Assembly (NCBI GenBank): GCA_013239625.1
Contig: MU054323.1
Location: forward strand, 4,690,214-4,754,213
From: Lama guanicoe
Taxonomy: Eukaryota
Direction of reading: 5' to 3'
DNA length: 64,000 bases
The notes beneath the pieces are model-generated. The model was given only the letters and a program-made list of their open reading frames with translations. It did not search any database and had not been told where the DNA came from. Below are positions 25,360 through 38,500 of this stretch, piece by piece; position 1 is the first letter of the stretch, and each line of letters begins with the position of its first letter. The translations under genes were made by a program, and so were the position numbers.

Positions 25360-25560
25360 CCTCAGTGCCAGGCATGTTGGGAGAAAACTGAGAAGTGAAG
25401 GAAAAGAAATGATCGCTTCAAAACCTTCCAGCTAGAAGGAGAAACAGGGAGGATACAAATAATTGCAGAACACTCACTGACCAAAGTACTGGTGATTATA
25501 TTTGGGTGAGAAAGGCACAGAGGAGGGACAGGGAAAAACCAAAGAAAGGTAAAGTCATTG
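25360..25560 (-). mobile_element. L2 3' fragment
   Basis: gtgccaggcatgttgggaga...accttccagctagaaggagaaacag. Confidence 0.5.
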
Positions 25561-26699
25561 GGAAAAGGGCTAATTGTACCTCTCTCAAATAATACACATC
25601 TACATGGGAGCATGTTTCACGTTCACAGGGTGCTTATCAATTTTTCTTCATTTGAAATCCAAATGACTTTAAGTCTGTTTTATTCTACTCGCAATTGCTG
25701 TTAGATGGTATTTTAAAGAAAAAATACACATAACATTTTGGCCCCTAGGAGGAGGCTGTATCAGCAGAGCCAGAAGTAGAGAAAAGGTTTCCTTTCCCCC
25801 TTTCTCCTTGTAAGGAGCAAATGGCCATGGGGACAAGTCCAGTGGGAGGGACCTCTTACAGGGGTGAGGGTCCCAGCCTGTTGGAAACCTTCAGGAACGA
25901 CTTCCTATTTTTAACAAGTTTCTCCTTTAGTCATGAGGGGTTAAAAAAAAAAAACTGTTTCCCTTCCAGCCCATATTTAACCATCATATTTGTGCATATG
26001 ATTGCAGCTTTTCTGAAAGGATTTGGAATGAGCTGCCAAGCTGCAAGGGATTGAATCGAAAGGCCCCTAACAGTTAAAGTGTCCATTAGCTCCTCCACAC
26101 TTAGCATCCGTCAGAGAGAAGAAGGCCTGGGAGCCCCGGGCGGATTTCTAACCAGCCTAATGAGGAGAGAGATTCTGGGAGCAAAAAAAGTTCATTTGCT
26201 GAATTTCCAGCAAGAAGTCACTTCAATATTGCTTCTAGGAAACACTGACAGGCTTTGTTGGTAAGAAATCATTATGCTGAGAAAGAAATGGGATATTGTT
26301 ATATGAGGTTTTTAAAGAAAATTCATTTTGATAGATGTCTAACTGTGCATTCAATTAAATTTCCTTCTCTTTTTTAAAAAATAGATGTCAGGTAATTGTA
26401 CTCAAGTTCTGTAAGCTGAAAAGTGTTATCCTTTCCTTCCAGTTATTAAAATTTCTTTATCAATATGTGTCTTTCTTGTCTTTATCCTTTGTCTATGGGG
26501 GGCTCGCCACGAAAATACATCACGTTCTCCCCTCCTTTTCCTGGGGATGCGTGTGTGCCTCCCAGGAGGATTAGTAAGGACGGCTCTTTTTGGACAGAAA
26601 ACTGACTTCTGTATTTGAATTATGTAGGCTCTAGGCCCCTGAAAACGTCTCTCCTTAAAAGTCAATGTGCACGACCACTTGCCAGACACAAAGTCCGTA

Positions 26700-27700
26700 A
26701 TCGTCATTGCTTACCGTGATTCCCCAGTGTTTCCTAACCACGTGTCCTGCCACTTGGTGATGGTCCTTCTGAAGCTTCTCAGGATGATCAACCAGCGCTT
26801 TTCAAAGCCTTTACCCTACTCGGTCCATCCTCTTACTCCCACCAAATCCCTCATTCTAAAATATGGCTTTGCAAGTAAGGCTCTCTGGTTCCTAAAACAT
26901 CTAGACTTCCAAGTGGCTGTGCACCCACTGCCTGGGACAACCAGCTCCTCCTCTTGATTGTCTAGTTTCCAGTAACGGTGCACTCACGTTCCTAACCAAC
27001 CAGATGCGTAGTCTTGGAGTCACCACCACTCACCCTTCAGATTTCCCTTGCATTCTTCACAGCCACTCACCACGCTTCAAGCTGTATAAGCCAAGTCCTG
27101 CAGAATTCTTCCTTGACAATGTGCGTCTCATTTGCCCACTCCTCTCCCTGCCCATTGCTATCTAATTAATTCAGACTTTTATTTCTATTTTGCCCTGACT
27201 CTTTTAATAGCTCGTTAATTGGTTTCTCTAACGCTCGCTTGCCTTATTCTGGATAATTCCCATATGACAGCCATACTAATTTTGCCGAGATAAACTTCAA
27301 TCCGCATCGCTATCTCCCTCCCACAAAGCCTCGGTGACTCTCCCACTGTCTACTGGATTTTACATACATCTTAGTGTTTAAAGTTTTCCAAAATGTGGTT
27401 GACACCCACATTCCAGGATTTACGTTGTACTTTTTTATCAGCGCGAGCTAAGCTCTCACAAAATACAACCACACACTGTCCCTATCACGTCTCACATGAT
27501 TTTATCTTTGTGCCTCCCCTCATATTTCTCTGCAGGCAGAATTTCCTCCCTTGCAACGATCTCCCCTACAAAAATCTTAATCTCTTTTTAGATTTCTTTT
27601 CAAATTCCAACTGCTCTCTGAAGTCTTTCCTGAAACACAAACCAAGCATAATTTCTCACCTCTCTGAGCACGAGCGCTTAATAGTACTTTGTTGGCATGT
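26700..27700 (+). mobile_element. L2 LINE fragment
   Basis: cttggagtcacc...gccaagtcctgcagaattcttccttgacaatgtgcgtctcatttgcccactcctctccctgcccattgcta...taatagctcgttaattggtttctc. Confidence 0.7.
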
Positions 27701-29151
27701 GAAGTAGAGCAGTGAGATTTCCAGACTCTTTCTGTCCAGTTCTCAACCTTTGTGAACAAAAGGTCTTTTGAATCTTAAAGGACAGAAAAAGAAGCACTTC
27801 GAAATGTCTCAACCCCCAAATATTGAGAATTCAAAAAGACATGAGAACATTGGAGCGAAAACCAAGTCACTTTACCAGATGAAGCTGACTGCGTCGGTCT
27901 CTTTCCCAACTTCCCATATGGAATCATGTAGAAATACTGGTGGGTTTGGTTCTTTTATTTAGGAAAGCAGGGGTATGCTACATGCAGGTTGTTTTCATGG
28001 TGGAGTTAACTTTCATTCATTTCCAATTCCCCCACAGTAAAATAATAACCTATACTTCTAACCTATACTTTTATTTTCATTTTCCTATTTGCCCAATCCT
28101 TTAAAGATTTATAAGCAATCAGATAGCAGGGCTGTGATGGACTCATCTTGGTGTCCTAAATGTTCAGAAAGAGACAGGAGAGATATTTAATAAATATTTA
28201 CTGAATTGAAGTCTCCACCGTCAGGCCTCCCCACACATATCTGACACTTAGAATTGCTAACCTTTAGGTGATTTACGGTACGCTACATCTGTAATAAATA
28301 CTCCTGCGTTCCCTTTTTAGTTGTACAATTCATCTCAGCATAACATTAATTCCTCAAGCTCAAGATGCAGGATTTATTCTTACACTGTTATTTTAGCTTA
28401 GCATACCTCTCCAAGTGTGGTGCAACACGCCTAGCACAAAAGCAGAGGTAGCTTCCAGAAAGCTTAATGTTAATACAACATTGCATATTGGCTTTACTTC
28501 AATAAAAAAATAAAAAAGCTTAATGCTTAAATATAGTATTAATTATTACATATCATTTCTATTTTCATATTAACAAGCTGAACAGAGAAAGAGAACCACA
28601 ATCAGGAGGTGATGATAGGACTCTGAGAACTTCTAAATGGCTCCTTCCTGTAGGACAACCAGGGACACAGATCCCCAGCCTCCCACCTGCACTCAAAGGT
28701 CAAGGTGCCAGCATTTTGAAGCTTGAAGGGGTCCGGGACTCAGAAAGCCTTCAGTGGCCATTGCATTGCAAGTCTCCATATTCTAATGAATAAGTAAGTC
28801 CCTGCTTGGCTGAAGATAAGTACCTTCTTCTCTGAAAAATAAAAAATGACCTTCTCCTTAGGATTTCAGTGCGACCACCCACCTCCCTTTCCTGTTGGTT
28901 CTCCCAGTGATTTTCCAGCCGAGACACAGGACAACCTAGAGTCAGGACTGGTGCTTCTCTTACCCACATCCCACATTTTTTCTACTGATCCCACCTACCA
29001 ATAAGCCCGATGTAAATCACCTGTCATCTTTCCAAAAACTAGAGGCTGTTTCATCGCTATCCCAGACATTATCTTAAACAGACGTTGCAGAGTGAATTGC
29101 TTTCAGAAATACTAGTATCTGGCTATACTGTCTCTGGTTTTCCAGAAAAAA

Positions 29152-29190
29152 ACATACACACGCGCACACGCACACACACACACACACATA
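29152..29190. repeat. Imperfect (CA)n/(CG)n microsatellite
   Basis: acatacacacgcgcacacgcacacacacacacacata. Confidence 0.9.
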
Positions 29191-29779
29191 CCCCAAACTC
29201 AGTACTGAAAAGCCATTCACTGGGGTACAATGAGCGCCTTCCTATGCTTGTAGTAAGGTTGGCTGATCTACTCAAATCCCTTTCAAGACTTTACAAAGGG
29301 ATTTGTTTAAAACCCAGGGAGATGCAGAGATTTGACTGATAAGTGACCACAAGCCTCATATCTCCAATATTACTCAGTATTTTCAAGTATGAAAAAAAGA
29401 CTACTGCTTTTCATCTCTGAACTCAGCCCTGGCAGGGACCATTGCTGGAACGGAACAGAAACTGTTCTTGGATGCATTTGGGGGATGTCTGTAACCTTTG
29501 TGTCTTGTTGAGTCTTTGTTTCTGCCTTTTTTCTTCAGCATGGGTCTTGGTTTCCAAAGTGTTCTCTGATGTCAGGTGTTTATAGCATAGAAAGATCCCA
29601 ATTATTTGGCTTCGATGTACAGTCAAGGGAGTCCTGCCAACTCTCATTAAATCCTTCAGTCTTATCTTCCAGTCAATATATTGAGCATCCTCGGGATGCT
29701 GTTCCTGTTATAGATTTTAATCATCTCAATCTGATTATTGCTTCTGCTACCAAGTACAATATGGGTTCGTATAATCACA

Positions 29780-29980
29780 CAGTAATAGCAACTGTCTTAC
29801 AAATTGGTAGACTACTGCATAGGTTTTGAAGTTCTCTAACATACTTCAGCCATGTGTTCATCAAAATAACCACATGAGATAAATCAGCTGCTCCTTTCCT
29901 TCAAGTAAGAGGACAAGGGATCAGAAAAATAAAGGGACTTATTCAAGGAGCCATGGATAATAAGTGACATGTAAAATTTC
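29780..29980 (-). mobile_element. MIR SINE
   Basis: taatagcaactgtcttac...catcaaaataaccacatgagataaa...taaagggacttattcaaggagccatggataataagtgac. Confidence 0.6.
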
Positions 29981-32059
29981 ATGTCCAAAGATTTTATATG
30001 AGACTGTAGTGTAGTAAATTAAAGTAGAAAAAATGAAAAGAAAAAATATATAAGGTCAGATTTTAAAATAAGCAAGTTTGGCTTCAGAAGGACCTCCCCC
30101 AATGCATCATGAATGAATCTTGAGTGATTAGCAATGCTTAACCTATTTCTTGCATAAGGACAAAGAAAAAGAAAGATCACATGTGAAAAAGTGAACTTCA
30201 GAGATAAATAAAAACACTAAAACCAGGGGTCTTTTTAGTTGTAACTAAACTCTAGATTTAATGTGCTAATTAATCTAGCACTTAACAGTTAAATGGCATT
30301 TTGTATCATTACAAGATATGTAGATTTCATTGTTTTCATTACCAGACACACTGACTAATTTCTTGACATTTTGACTAATTGACAAGAACGCTGTTTATGA
30401 AAATGGAGGATTCCAGGTCACACTGTCAAAATACCAATAGCACTTGGGACCACGGAACGTCTGTAACATTGAGATCGTGTGTTATAAAAAATATTTTCAA
30501 AAATCTCAGAATTTCCGGAAACTGCTGGCTTCATCAGTCTGTGTCAGGGAATTAATTTTCAGCCATACATCCCTGCTGATACATCTGCAGCTTGAGAAAG
30601 TCCAATTTCCTTCCTTCATGTGTGTCTAATAGAGTATGAATAGTTCAAGTGTCTGAGCAAAATCGGAGGCCAAGCCACAGACCTACTTCCGCGGTAACAA
30701 GGTGGACGGTGACTTCAGCCCACTGCTGACAGAGAGGCTTGTGGCGTCCTCTCCCCAGGAAAGGTTTTCACACCTGGGTGAGGTGAAAATTGCAGTCAGA
30801 AGAGAAGGGGCCAGTGGAAAAAGGATGGACTCTGGGCACAGGGTGGCTTTCTGTCCATCCTTTGACCTCTGCAGCCTGCCCCAGGTTTCTGGGGGAGAAC
30901 TCTGAGCTGATCTCTCTCTCTTTTCACCCTGGTGGAGCCCCGGGTGGCAAATAGGTCTGAAGATGGACAACTTCCATTTAGGAGTTTAAAAAGAAAGAGG
31001 GGAAAGGGCATGTGCAGTCTGCAGGGCACCCTAAATTCCCTTGTGAAAGTGGGAAAGGAACCTCGCCTGAAGCATCTCTAATTGCAGAGAATGCACACTG
31101 GAGAGTCACAGAGAAAGCGGTTCGTCCATGAAGAAGTCCAAAGCGAGGTTTGATGTGTGCCCTGCTCCGGGCTCATGTGCTTTCCAGTAGTGAACATGAA
31201 TATTATTCAACAATGATAGAGTCCAGATCATAACATCACTGCTTTTCCAGGGTACGACCTCGTGCCAGAACTCATTCAGACCCCTCCAGCTGGCTGTGTG
31301 TCTGCAGAAGGAGGGAGCTGGGTGTGGCCGCTGAAAGAGCCGCTCTGTAACGTGATACAGTTTGGAGAGCAAAGGGCTTTGCTCTGATTCCCTTCTGAGC
31401 ACAGCCAAGGCATGTCGTCCTACTCACGTCCAGAAATCAGCAGTGCATGTGGATGTCTAGAGGCGGCAACGAAGACGAATGCCGAATTCTGACCTGCCTG
31501 CGTGTCACCCAGCATGGCCAGGAGTCCCTGGGCTACCTGGCATCATTAGGTTTAAGCACCATGTCAATAACCACTGTAATTCTTCCAAGTTAGGCAACCC
31601 TTCTGCGGACCCCCAGCCACCAGGAATAGGGGAAAACCATTTGCCTCCCTTTGACTGGGCAGTGAAAGGTTTTTCTTATGTAAAGGGCCATTTGTAGTCT
31701 GTTTTCATCATCAACTCAGTGTTTTCAGGGAGATATGAGACTGAAAAGAAAATGATGGCAGAGCAGAGGTGCAGACCTTCATCATTACCTTGGCAGCGCC
31801 CTCAGGGCCCAGGGCTGAAGTTAGGGTTGTGAATAACAACCAGAAGGCACATCGTCGCTTTGGAGAATCTGAGTTTTGACTTCCTGCACTTCCTGGAGTA
31901 AAGCAGGTAGGACGTTGGGAACAATGGGGATCAAACAGAAATGGTGATGAATCTATTTCTGGCTTCTCCACCACAGCCTGCGACAAAAGTGTTACACAAG
32001 GAAGCAGCTGTTTCAACACAGGCCGGCACAGGGCACCCAGTGACACCAAACATAGAAAA

Positions 32060-32270
32060 AGATAGTAACATCTACCCTCCTACCCCGTAGGAGGACGTAG
32101 CACAGCTTTGTACCACATGTCTGTTAATTCTCACAACTCTTGAGGGTAATACATTAACCGTTATTATCTGTATCTTGCGGCTCACAGAGGTCAAAAGACG
32201 TGCCCATAATTTTCTTTCATGCAAGTGGCAGAATCAAGACTTGAACCCCCACCTCATTCCACGGCTCATT
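32060..32270 (-). mobile_element. MIR SINE
   Basis: ttaattctcacaactcttgagggta...ggctcacagaggtcaaaagacgtgccca...aagtggcagaatcaagacttgaacccc. Confidence 0.75.
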
Positions 32271-32864
32271 CTCTTTAGAGTCAGTAGGTCCCACTGGGCC
32301 CTAAATACCCACAGAAGGTGCCCAGGGGGGTGGGGGGGAAATGACTGAGTCAATCTGAGGACCACCACCCAATGCTCCTTCCCCATGAGACAGCTGTCAG
32401 TCGCTCCCTCTTCCGAGCACACACTCTTTTCTCTCTCTCGCTTTTGTTTCTGTACTTGGTTTTCAGCCTAAGATTTTGTCAGAAGAAAATGCACATAGGT
32501 AAAAACATAATAATAATAAATAATATATTAAAAATAGAGTAGAATAAAGTAGTTTGAAAGCCTCTGCCGTGCTTTCACAATGAAAGAAACGTCTCTGCGA
32601 GCACTACCCAGCTCAATTTATAGTTTGCTAAATATATAATTATGCTCGAGTTAGAAAACTATGTAGCATTATTTCTATAAACTGGGTTTAGCCATTGTTG
32701 TTTAATCTTCATTGCCTTTGTATATAGTTCTAAGCACCCCTTCAGGGATGGTTAAATACAGGTTTTAGGCAGGGAGGGCACAATGTGCAATTATCATTGA
32801 ATTCTGGGGCCCAGACTGGCAAGGAGAGGTGATATGCTGCCCCCTCCACCCCAAAGCAGCACTG

Positions 32865-32867
<3 letters not shown>

Positions 32868-32896
<29 letters not shown>
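32868..32896. repeat. (CA)14 microsatellite
   Basis: Read directly. Confidence 0.95.
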
Positions 32897-32898
<2 letters not shown>

Positions 32899-33319
32899 CC
32901 CACCAGGAACCGCCTTAACAAGCCTTAACCTTCCCTGCATATGTGAGCCACAACAATAGGGATTTCAAGTTGTATGAAACACTGAGGACCAGAGGGACGT
33001 CACACTCTAGGTGGGACAGCAGGGCAGAAACACACGGCACAAATAAGAGAGGGAATGGTGACCTGGACCGTCCAGATGACCTGCACGGGCAGTCCGTGTA
33101 GCCTGGAGCAGTCAGGAAAGCTTCCTGGAGGAGGCGGGTTCACTGCTCGCCATTCAGTGAATGACTCTGGAGAAGGAGGGACTAGGAGTGCCCGTCAAGG
33201 TTGTAGTCTCCAAGGGCTCAGGGTTTCTCCGTCACCATCTCATAGTGATACAGTCAGCGGGTCTCCAATAGGCTCCGTATCAGGCCCCCAGTAAACGGTG
33301 TCAGCAGCATGACTTACAT

Positions 33320-33500
33320 AAATCATGACTTACGCATATCGGATGCTATATATTTGTCAGGGAGTGTTCTAGACCCTTCGCATGTGCTTACTCATTCAAT
33401 CTTCACAATCTCCTAAGATTGGTACCTTATTGGACCCATTTTATAGATGAGTAAATTGAGGTGCTATAAGTTTTGAAACTTGCCCAAGATCACTGTGCTA
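33320..33500 (-). mobile_element. MIR SINE
   Basis: ctcattcaatcttcacaatctcctaagattggtaccttattggacccattttatagatgagtaaattgaggtgc...acttgcccaagatcac. Confidence 0.85.
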
Positions 33501-36500
33501 ACTGTTTTACAGTGGTCAGCAGCGACATGGGTTTATTTGAAGGTCTCTGGACATTTGGATTCATGAATCCAAAGAAACTCCCTGACCTCTTCACTGTGGG
33601 GGCCCTGCCAAAAACTTAGCATGAAGATGAAAAAGCTTCGTGAGCTGGGGAGGAGGGTGGCTTGCCCAGATCTCCTATGTTCTCTGCACAAGACACATAC
33701 CAAGAAAAACCAAGAATATGCACCAGCTCATGCTCTTTAAGCACAATCCAAGAAGAGTTTAACAGAAGATTTGGGGATACGTTTCCTGATTCCCAGTGAG
33801 CACTCACATTATAAAAGAGCAAATCGTATGGGGTTTTGTTAGGTTGTCAGTTACTGCCGTGAATTTCAAACTACTGTAAAGACACGGTACCCACCAGAAG
33901 CCTGACACCTCTGCCTCTTTGTGCAGCTCTCCTGCCCTGGTTCCCGGGAAGGGTCTCCTCACCCTACGTCTCACACACTCGTACTCACACTTACATGTGC
34001 GCACACACAAGTGTGATGGGAGGATTTCAGTTGACTCACACAGAACTCAACAGGAAGCGCTTGGAAACAATAATGCAGGACTTAATGTTACTAAACACTG
34101 AAAGGTGACCAATTTCAGAAAAAAAGCTCTTTGATTTGCAATGTTTGCAATTCTACTGTCATTGCATTTGAAGCCCCACCTTTCCAGCATGCAAGCCTCT
34201 CTTCTCCGCCCCAGGAAAGGAGCAAGGCAGATATGCAAATTTAGCAGCAAACTAAACGAAGTCCTCTTCATTTCTGCAATTATTTCATGCCTGCTGCTGT
34301 GGTTGGCTTGAACACGTAACACCGAGTGTTGATCCCTTCAATCATGCATGCAATACCTGATTCTATTTTTGCTCTGTAGAAATCTCAGTTTACTGGAAGA
34401 TATTTGAAGATATGAAATATTCAGAGTATTATTAAATTGGTGAATTGACTTCTTCCCTTGCCAAACCCCTTGTTCCTTTTGAACAAGCTGAACAGCGTGT
34501 ACGAGAGCATCTGCCTCTTGACCTCCGTGTGTTATTCCCACTGAGGTACCAGTCACACCATCAAAAGGAAAACACGGATATAAGTCTGTTACGCCAATCA
34601 TATAGGATGTCTCTGTGAGGCACTTACTAGCTTGGAGAACTACAACAAAGAACATCAGAAAAGAAGAGAAGTTTCTAGAGAGTATCCTTTTTGGATATAT
34701 GTCTGATAGTATGAGTTTCTTTGTAGGACTTGCTGGGAATTGAGACACAAGAGAAAATCAAAATCGATCTTGTACTCAAAGAGCTGGTGAGTTCAACAAG
34801 GTGTATAACAACCCTAAATTTCAGACAACAAGTCTACCATGAGTTTATTTAAAACTTTTTTCATTCTATCTTGTATCTACTTCCCATTCTTTCATAAATC
34901 TATATCTGTTTTCTCCAAAAATGTATCTTGAGGACAGTGCTTTATCGTACATATTTTTGCATCCTCGATGACTTGATCATAGTGGGTCCTCAAACATGTT
35001 TAGTAAAATGAAGCAAAATCTGTCTTCTTGTAAGTGCGATTCTCCAGAAGAGAATCTTACAGGGCTGTCTGCTATTGCTGTGTTCTGAACAAAATCAGGA
35101 CCTGGAAAGATATGATACGTCATTTCTCCTTAAACATAATATAAGCAGGTGTGCTTTTCATTTTTAGACTTTGCGGAGTAAAACTAAAAAAATAAAATTC
35201 TAAAAGGAAGAAACCTTGCTTGCTTGTCTTTAAATTGATTTGTCATTCAAATACCAATCAATCAAGTTGTCTTTTTTTTTTTTTGAACCTACGGTTATAT
35301 AAAGACATTGGGAAAAGACACTACCCCAGACTCAGACACTGGTCATACACAGATGAATTAGACGTAGTTTCCTGCCTCATCCTACTAGAAAAGACAAACT
35401 GGAACTATGTGGACAGATAATTAGCTATAAAGATAGTGAAAGATCAGTGTGGAAATAGCAGCCAGAAATTTCAGAACTACTGGGATTTGAGGTACCCCAG
35501 TTACAACCCCTGCTCCCAGAAGCTGGAGCCAAAAGTCAGGGGAAAAGAAATATGAGTCATTCTGCTCCAAGAGAACCTGATGGACACACACGTGGCTACT
35601 TGAAAACTCCTTTTTCTTTTCTTTCTTACTTAAAAAAATTTTATTAATGACAGTTGTGGAAAATAAAATGCTCCGTGTTAGTTTGTCATGAATAATATTT
35701 GCTAATGAGAGCAATTCATTTTACAGTGCTAATGTGCACCACAATAATTTTTACTAAAGAATACATGCAATTAAAAGCATTTTCCAAATTCCAGCCACAC
35801 CCAGGTTCTGTTTTTGCAGGTAAATGACTGAAAAAGCTATAAACGCATGTGTGCCTAGAATAAATTCGGTACCAGACATGGTAATAAAATGACACCCTCA
35901 CTCACCCTCGCTGCCTGTGAATCATCTCTTCTATTTCATATCCCTGATAGTGACCAAATGGACTGCTATGTGGGCTGACCCCTGCATATCAGCACAGTCA
36001 TCTATTACTGGGGGCTACTAATTTCAGCCAAGTTTATAAGACCTAAGGGAATACTGTATTAACAGGACGAGCAAACCATCACCAGGGCTACTCTGGTTCA
36101 AATTAAAATGCTGTTTTGTTGTTGTTCATCATTATGTGTGTTGAATATTGTGTCTTTACCTAAGGGATTATGTGAGGTATGTAATATTTATAAAGAGAAC
36201 AGCTACTCATCTCAGGGCCATTTCAAGAGTATGTATTATTTATTTCCTGATCTACCCCCTCCAATGTTCAATATCTTTTAAGAACTGTGATTAATAAAAC
36301 ATTCCAATTTGAACAGCGTGGGTTCTATTCACAAAACATGGTTATTCAGCCATTTCTATGCAGACATCACCAGGCAGAGTACTTATCACCAAAAAAATGC
36401 ATAATCAACAAGAGATATTTTGAATTAATGATTTTAGGGAGGAGGTTCATTAAACTCTTGGCTTCATCCCTAAGTGGGACTTCTCAATTAAGTGTGGAGA

Positions 36501-37749
36501 GATTGGGAAACAGAAGGGACTGGCACATTAAAAATGGTGTGTCAAGCTCAGTTAAAGCTGTGCTAAAGGCTTTCATTCAAGATCTGTCAAGAAATCATTA
36601 TCATCTTTTCTTTTTCTTTTTTCTCTGAGTTTTTTTTATAACCGAGGTTTAATGTATTATTAATAGAAGAACAGGGGGATGGAGCACTAGGCAGTTACTG
36701 TGTAGGTTTGTGTGGAAGCACCTAGAATTGTTTCTTCCTTCTTTAATAAATGGAGGTGCCGGAGAATGGGGTCTGTGCTAATGCGAACCCACAAAGCTGG
36801 TCAGAGTCACTGCCCCGCGCGGGAGCGTGTCCTGAGAGCAATTTCCTTGGCCCTCATTTCACAAGACACAAGGTACAGCATCCATAAAAATAGTTAATGT
36901 TGCCGTTTCAGGCGTCAAATGGCACTTTGCATTCTGTTTAGAGACGGAACTGAAACGAAGCAAGCAAATCAATCAGCGGGCCCTTATCAAGCCTCTACCT
37001 TGTGCCCTCTACTGTTCTGTCTGCTTCAGGAGAGAGGAAATGACCCCTGCCCATAAGACCACTGCCATCTAGTTGGAATGTGACGGCAACGTAGAAGCTG
37101 TCAGTTCTGTAACATTTCCGTCCGAGATGAAAGGTCAAGCTTAAAAATAAATAAATAAATAGAAACCTTGAATTCCCTCTTTGCTGACCTGAAAGCTCTT
37201 AGTCTATATGCTGTGGCTGGGATAAGACCTCCTCCCCTCAATTCTAAGAGAACCTTAGAATCTTAGAATAATTTGAATTCTGCTTATCCAATCACCCCTC
37301 AAATACTTCAGTGATTATTTCTCCAAGCCCATCCACATCAAATGCATTTAACTCGCCCCTATTTACATATGACTCTGTTCTGAATATTGAACAAAGGATG
37401 CACCCTGGTATTCTGTAGCCTGATGGTTTATCTAAAAATGCTACTGTCATACTAGCTTTTTTTTAAGTATAAGTAAGGGTTTAATATTTGTAAAAATATT
37501 AAAAAGTGCTTTCCCATTTCATATACACTACAGTATGAGTTAATACAAGTAATGCACATTGTTATTGTAAGCATTTGTTATGAGGACAGTGAAAAATTTG
37601 GATCAGCTTTCCTTGCCAGTCAGTGGCGGAGGCAGGACTCAAACTCAGCACTTAGCCTCTCCATTCGGCTTCTTTAATGGGCTATCAGCGGTTTTGATCA
37701 ATCCCTTCAAATAATCACATAGGAACTTGAAAGTAAATAATATTCTCAG

Positions 37750-38500
37750 AGCAGCCACTATGGAGAACAGTATGGAGGTTCCTCAAAAATTAAAAATAGA
37801 ACTACCATATGATCCAGCGTTCTCACTTCTGGGTATATTTCCAAAGGAAATGAAAACGGGGTATCAGAGAGCTATCTGCCCCGCCATGTTCCCTGCAGCG
37901 TTGTTCACAATAGCCAAGATATGAAAACAATCTAAGTGTCTTTCGATAATGGATGAGAGGATGAAGAAGATATGGTATATATATATGTCTATATAATGGA
38001 ATGTTATTCAGCCATGGGAAAGAAGGAATTCCAGCAAATTGTGACAACATGGATGGACCCTGAGGATATTATGTTACGAGAAATAAGTCAGTCAGAGAAA
38101 AACAAACAAAACAAGGGCTTTTAAAAAAATTAAGTCACACTTATCAAAACAGTAGAAAAATGGTTGCCAGAGGGTGGGGCGGGGGAGGGAATTAGGGAGA
38201 GGCTGGAAAAAGGGTACAAATTTTCAGCTCTAAGATAAACAAGGTCTAGGGATATAACATATAACATGAAGACTGTAGCTGATAACACGGTATTGCGTAA
38301 CTGGCATTTTAAGACGGTCAAACTTAAATGTTCTCACTAAAAAGAGAAGAAGAGAAATATCTAAGATGATGGACATGTTAATTAACTAGATGGGAGGAAT
38401 CCCTTTACAGTATGTATGTATGTCAAGCCATCATGATGTACATTTTAAATATCTTACAACTTCATATGTCAATTATGCCTCAATAAAGCTGGAAAAATAA
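37750..38500 (+). mobile_element. L1 3' end (L1MA-like): ORF2 C-terminus relic plus 3' UTR
   Basis: gcagccactatggagaacagtatggaggttcctcaaaaattaaaaatagaactaccatatgatccagc; translates as ATMENSMEVPQKLKIELPYDPA...LLGIFPKEMKT...CPAMFPAALFTIAKI (L1 ORF2 C-terminal motif); ends tgtcaattatgcctcaataaagctggaaaaa. Confidence 0.95.

Noticed and set aside
34338..34748. 136-aa minus-strand ORF
   Set aside because: Starts at a non-ATG codon and matches no family I recognise; only the internal splice signals were kept as a separate finding.
37727..37924. ORF with real protein similarity (L1 ORF2 C-terminus)
   Set aside because: Decayed retrotransposon fragment ending in a premature stop; not a host gene.
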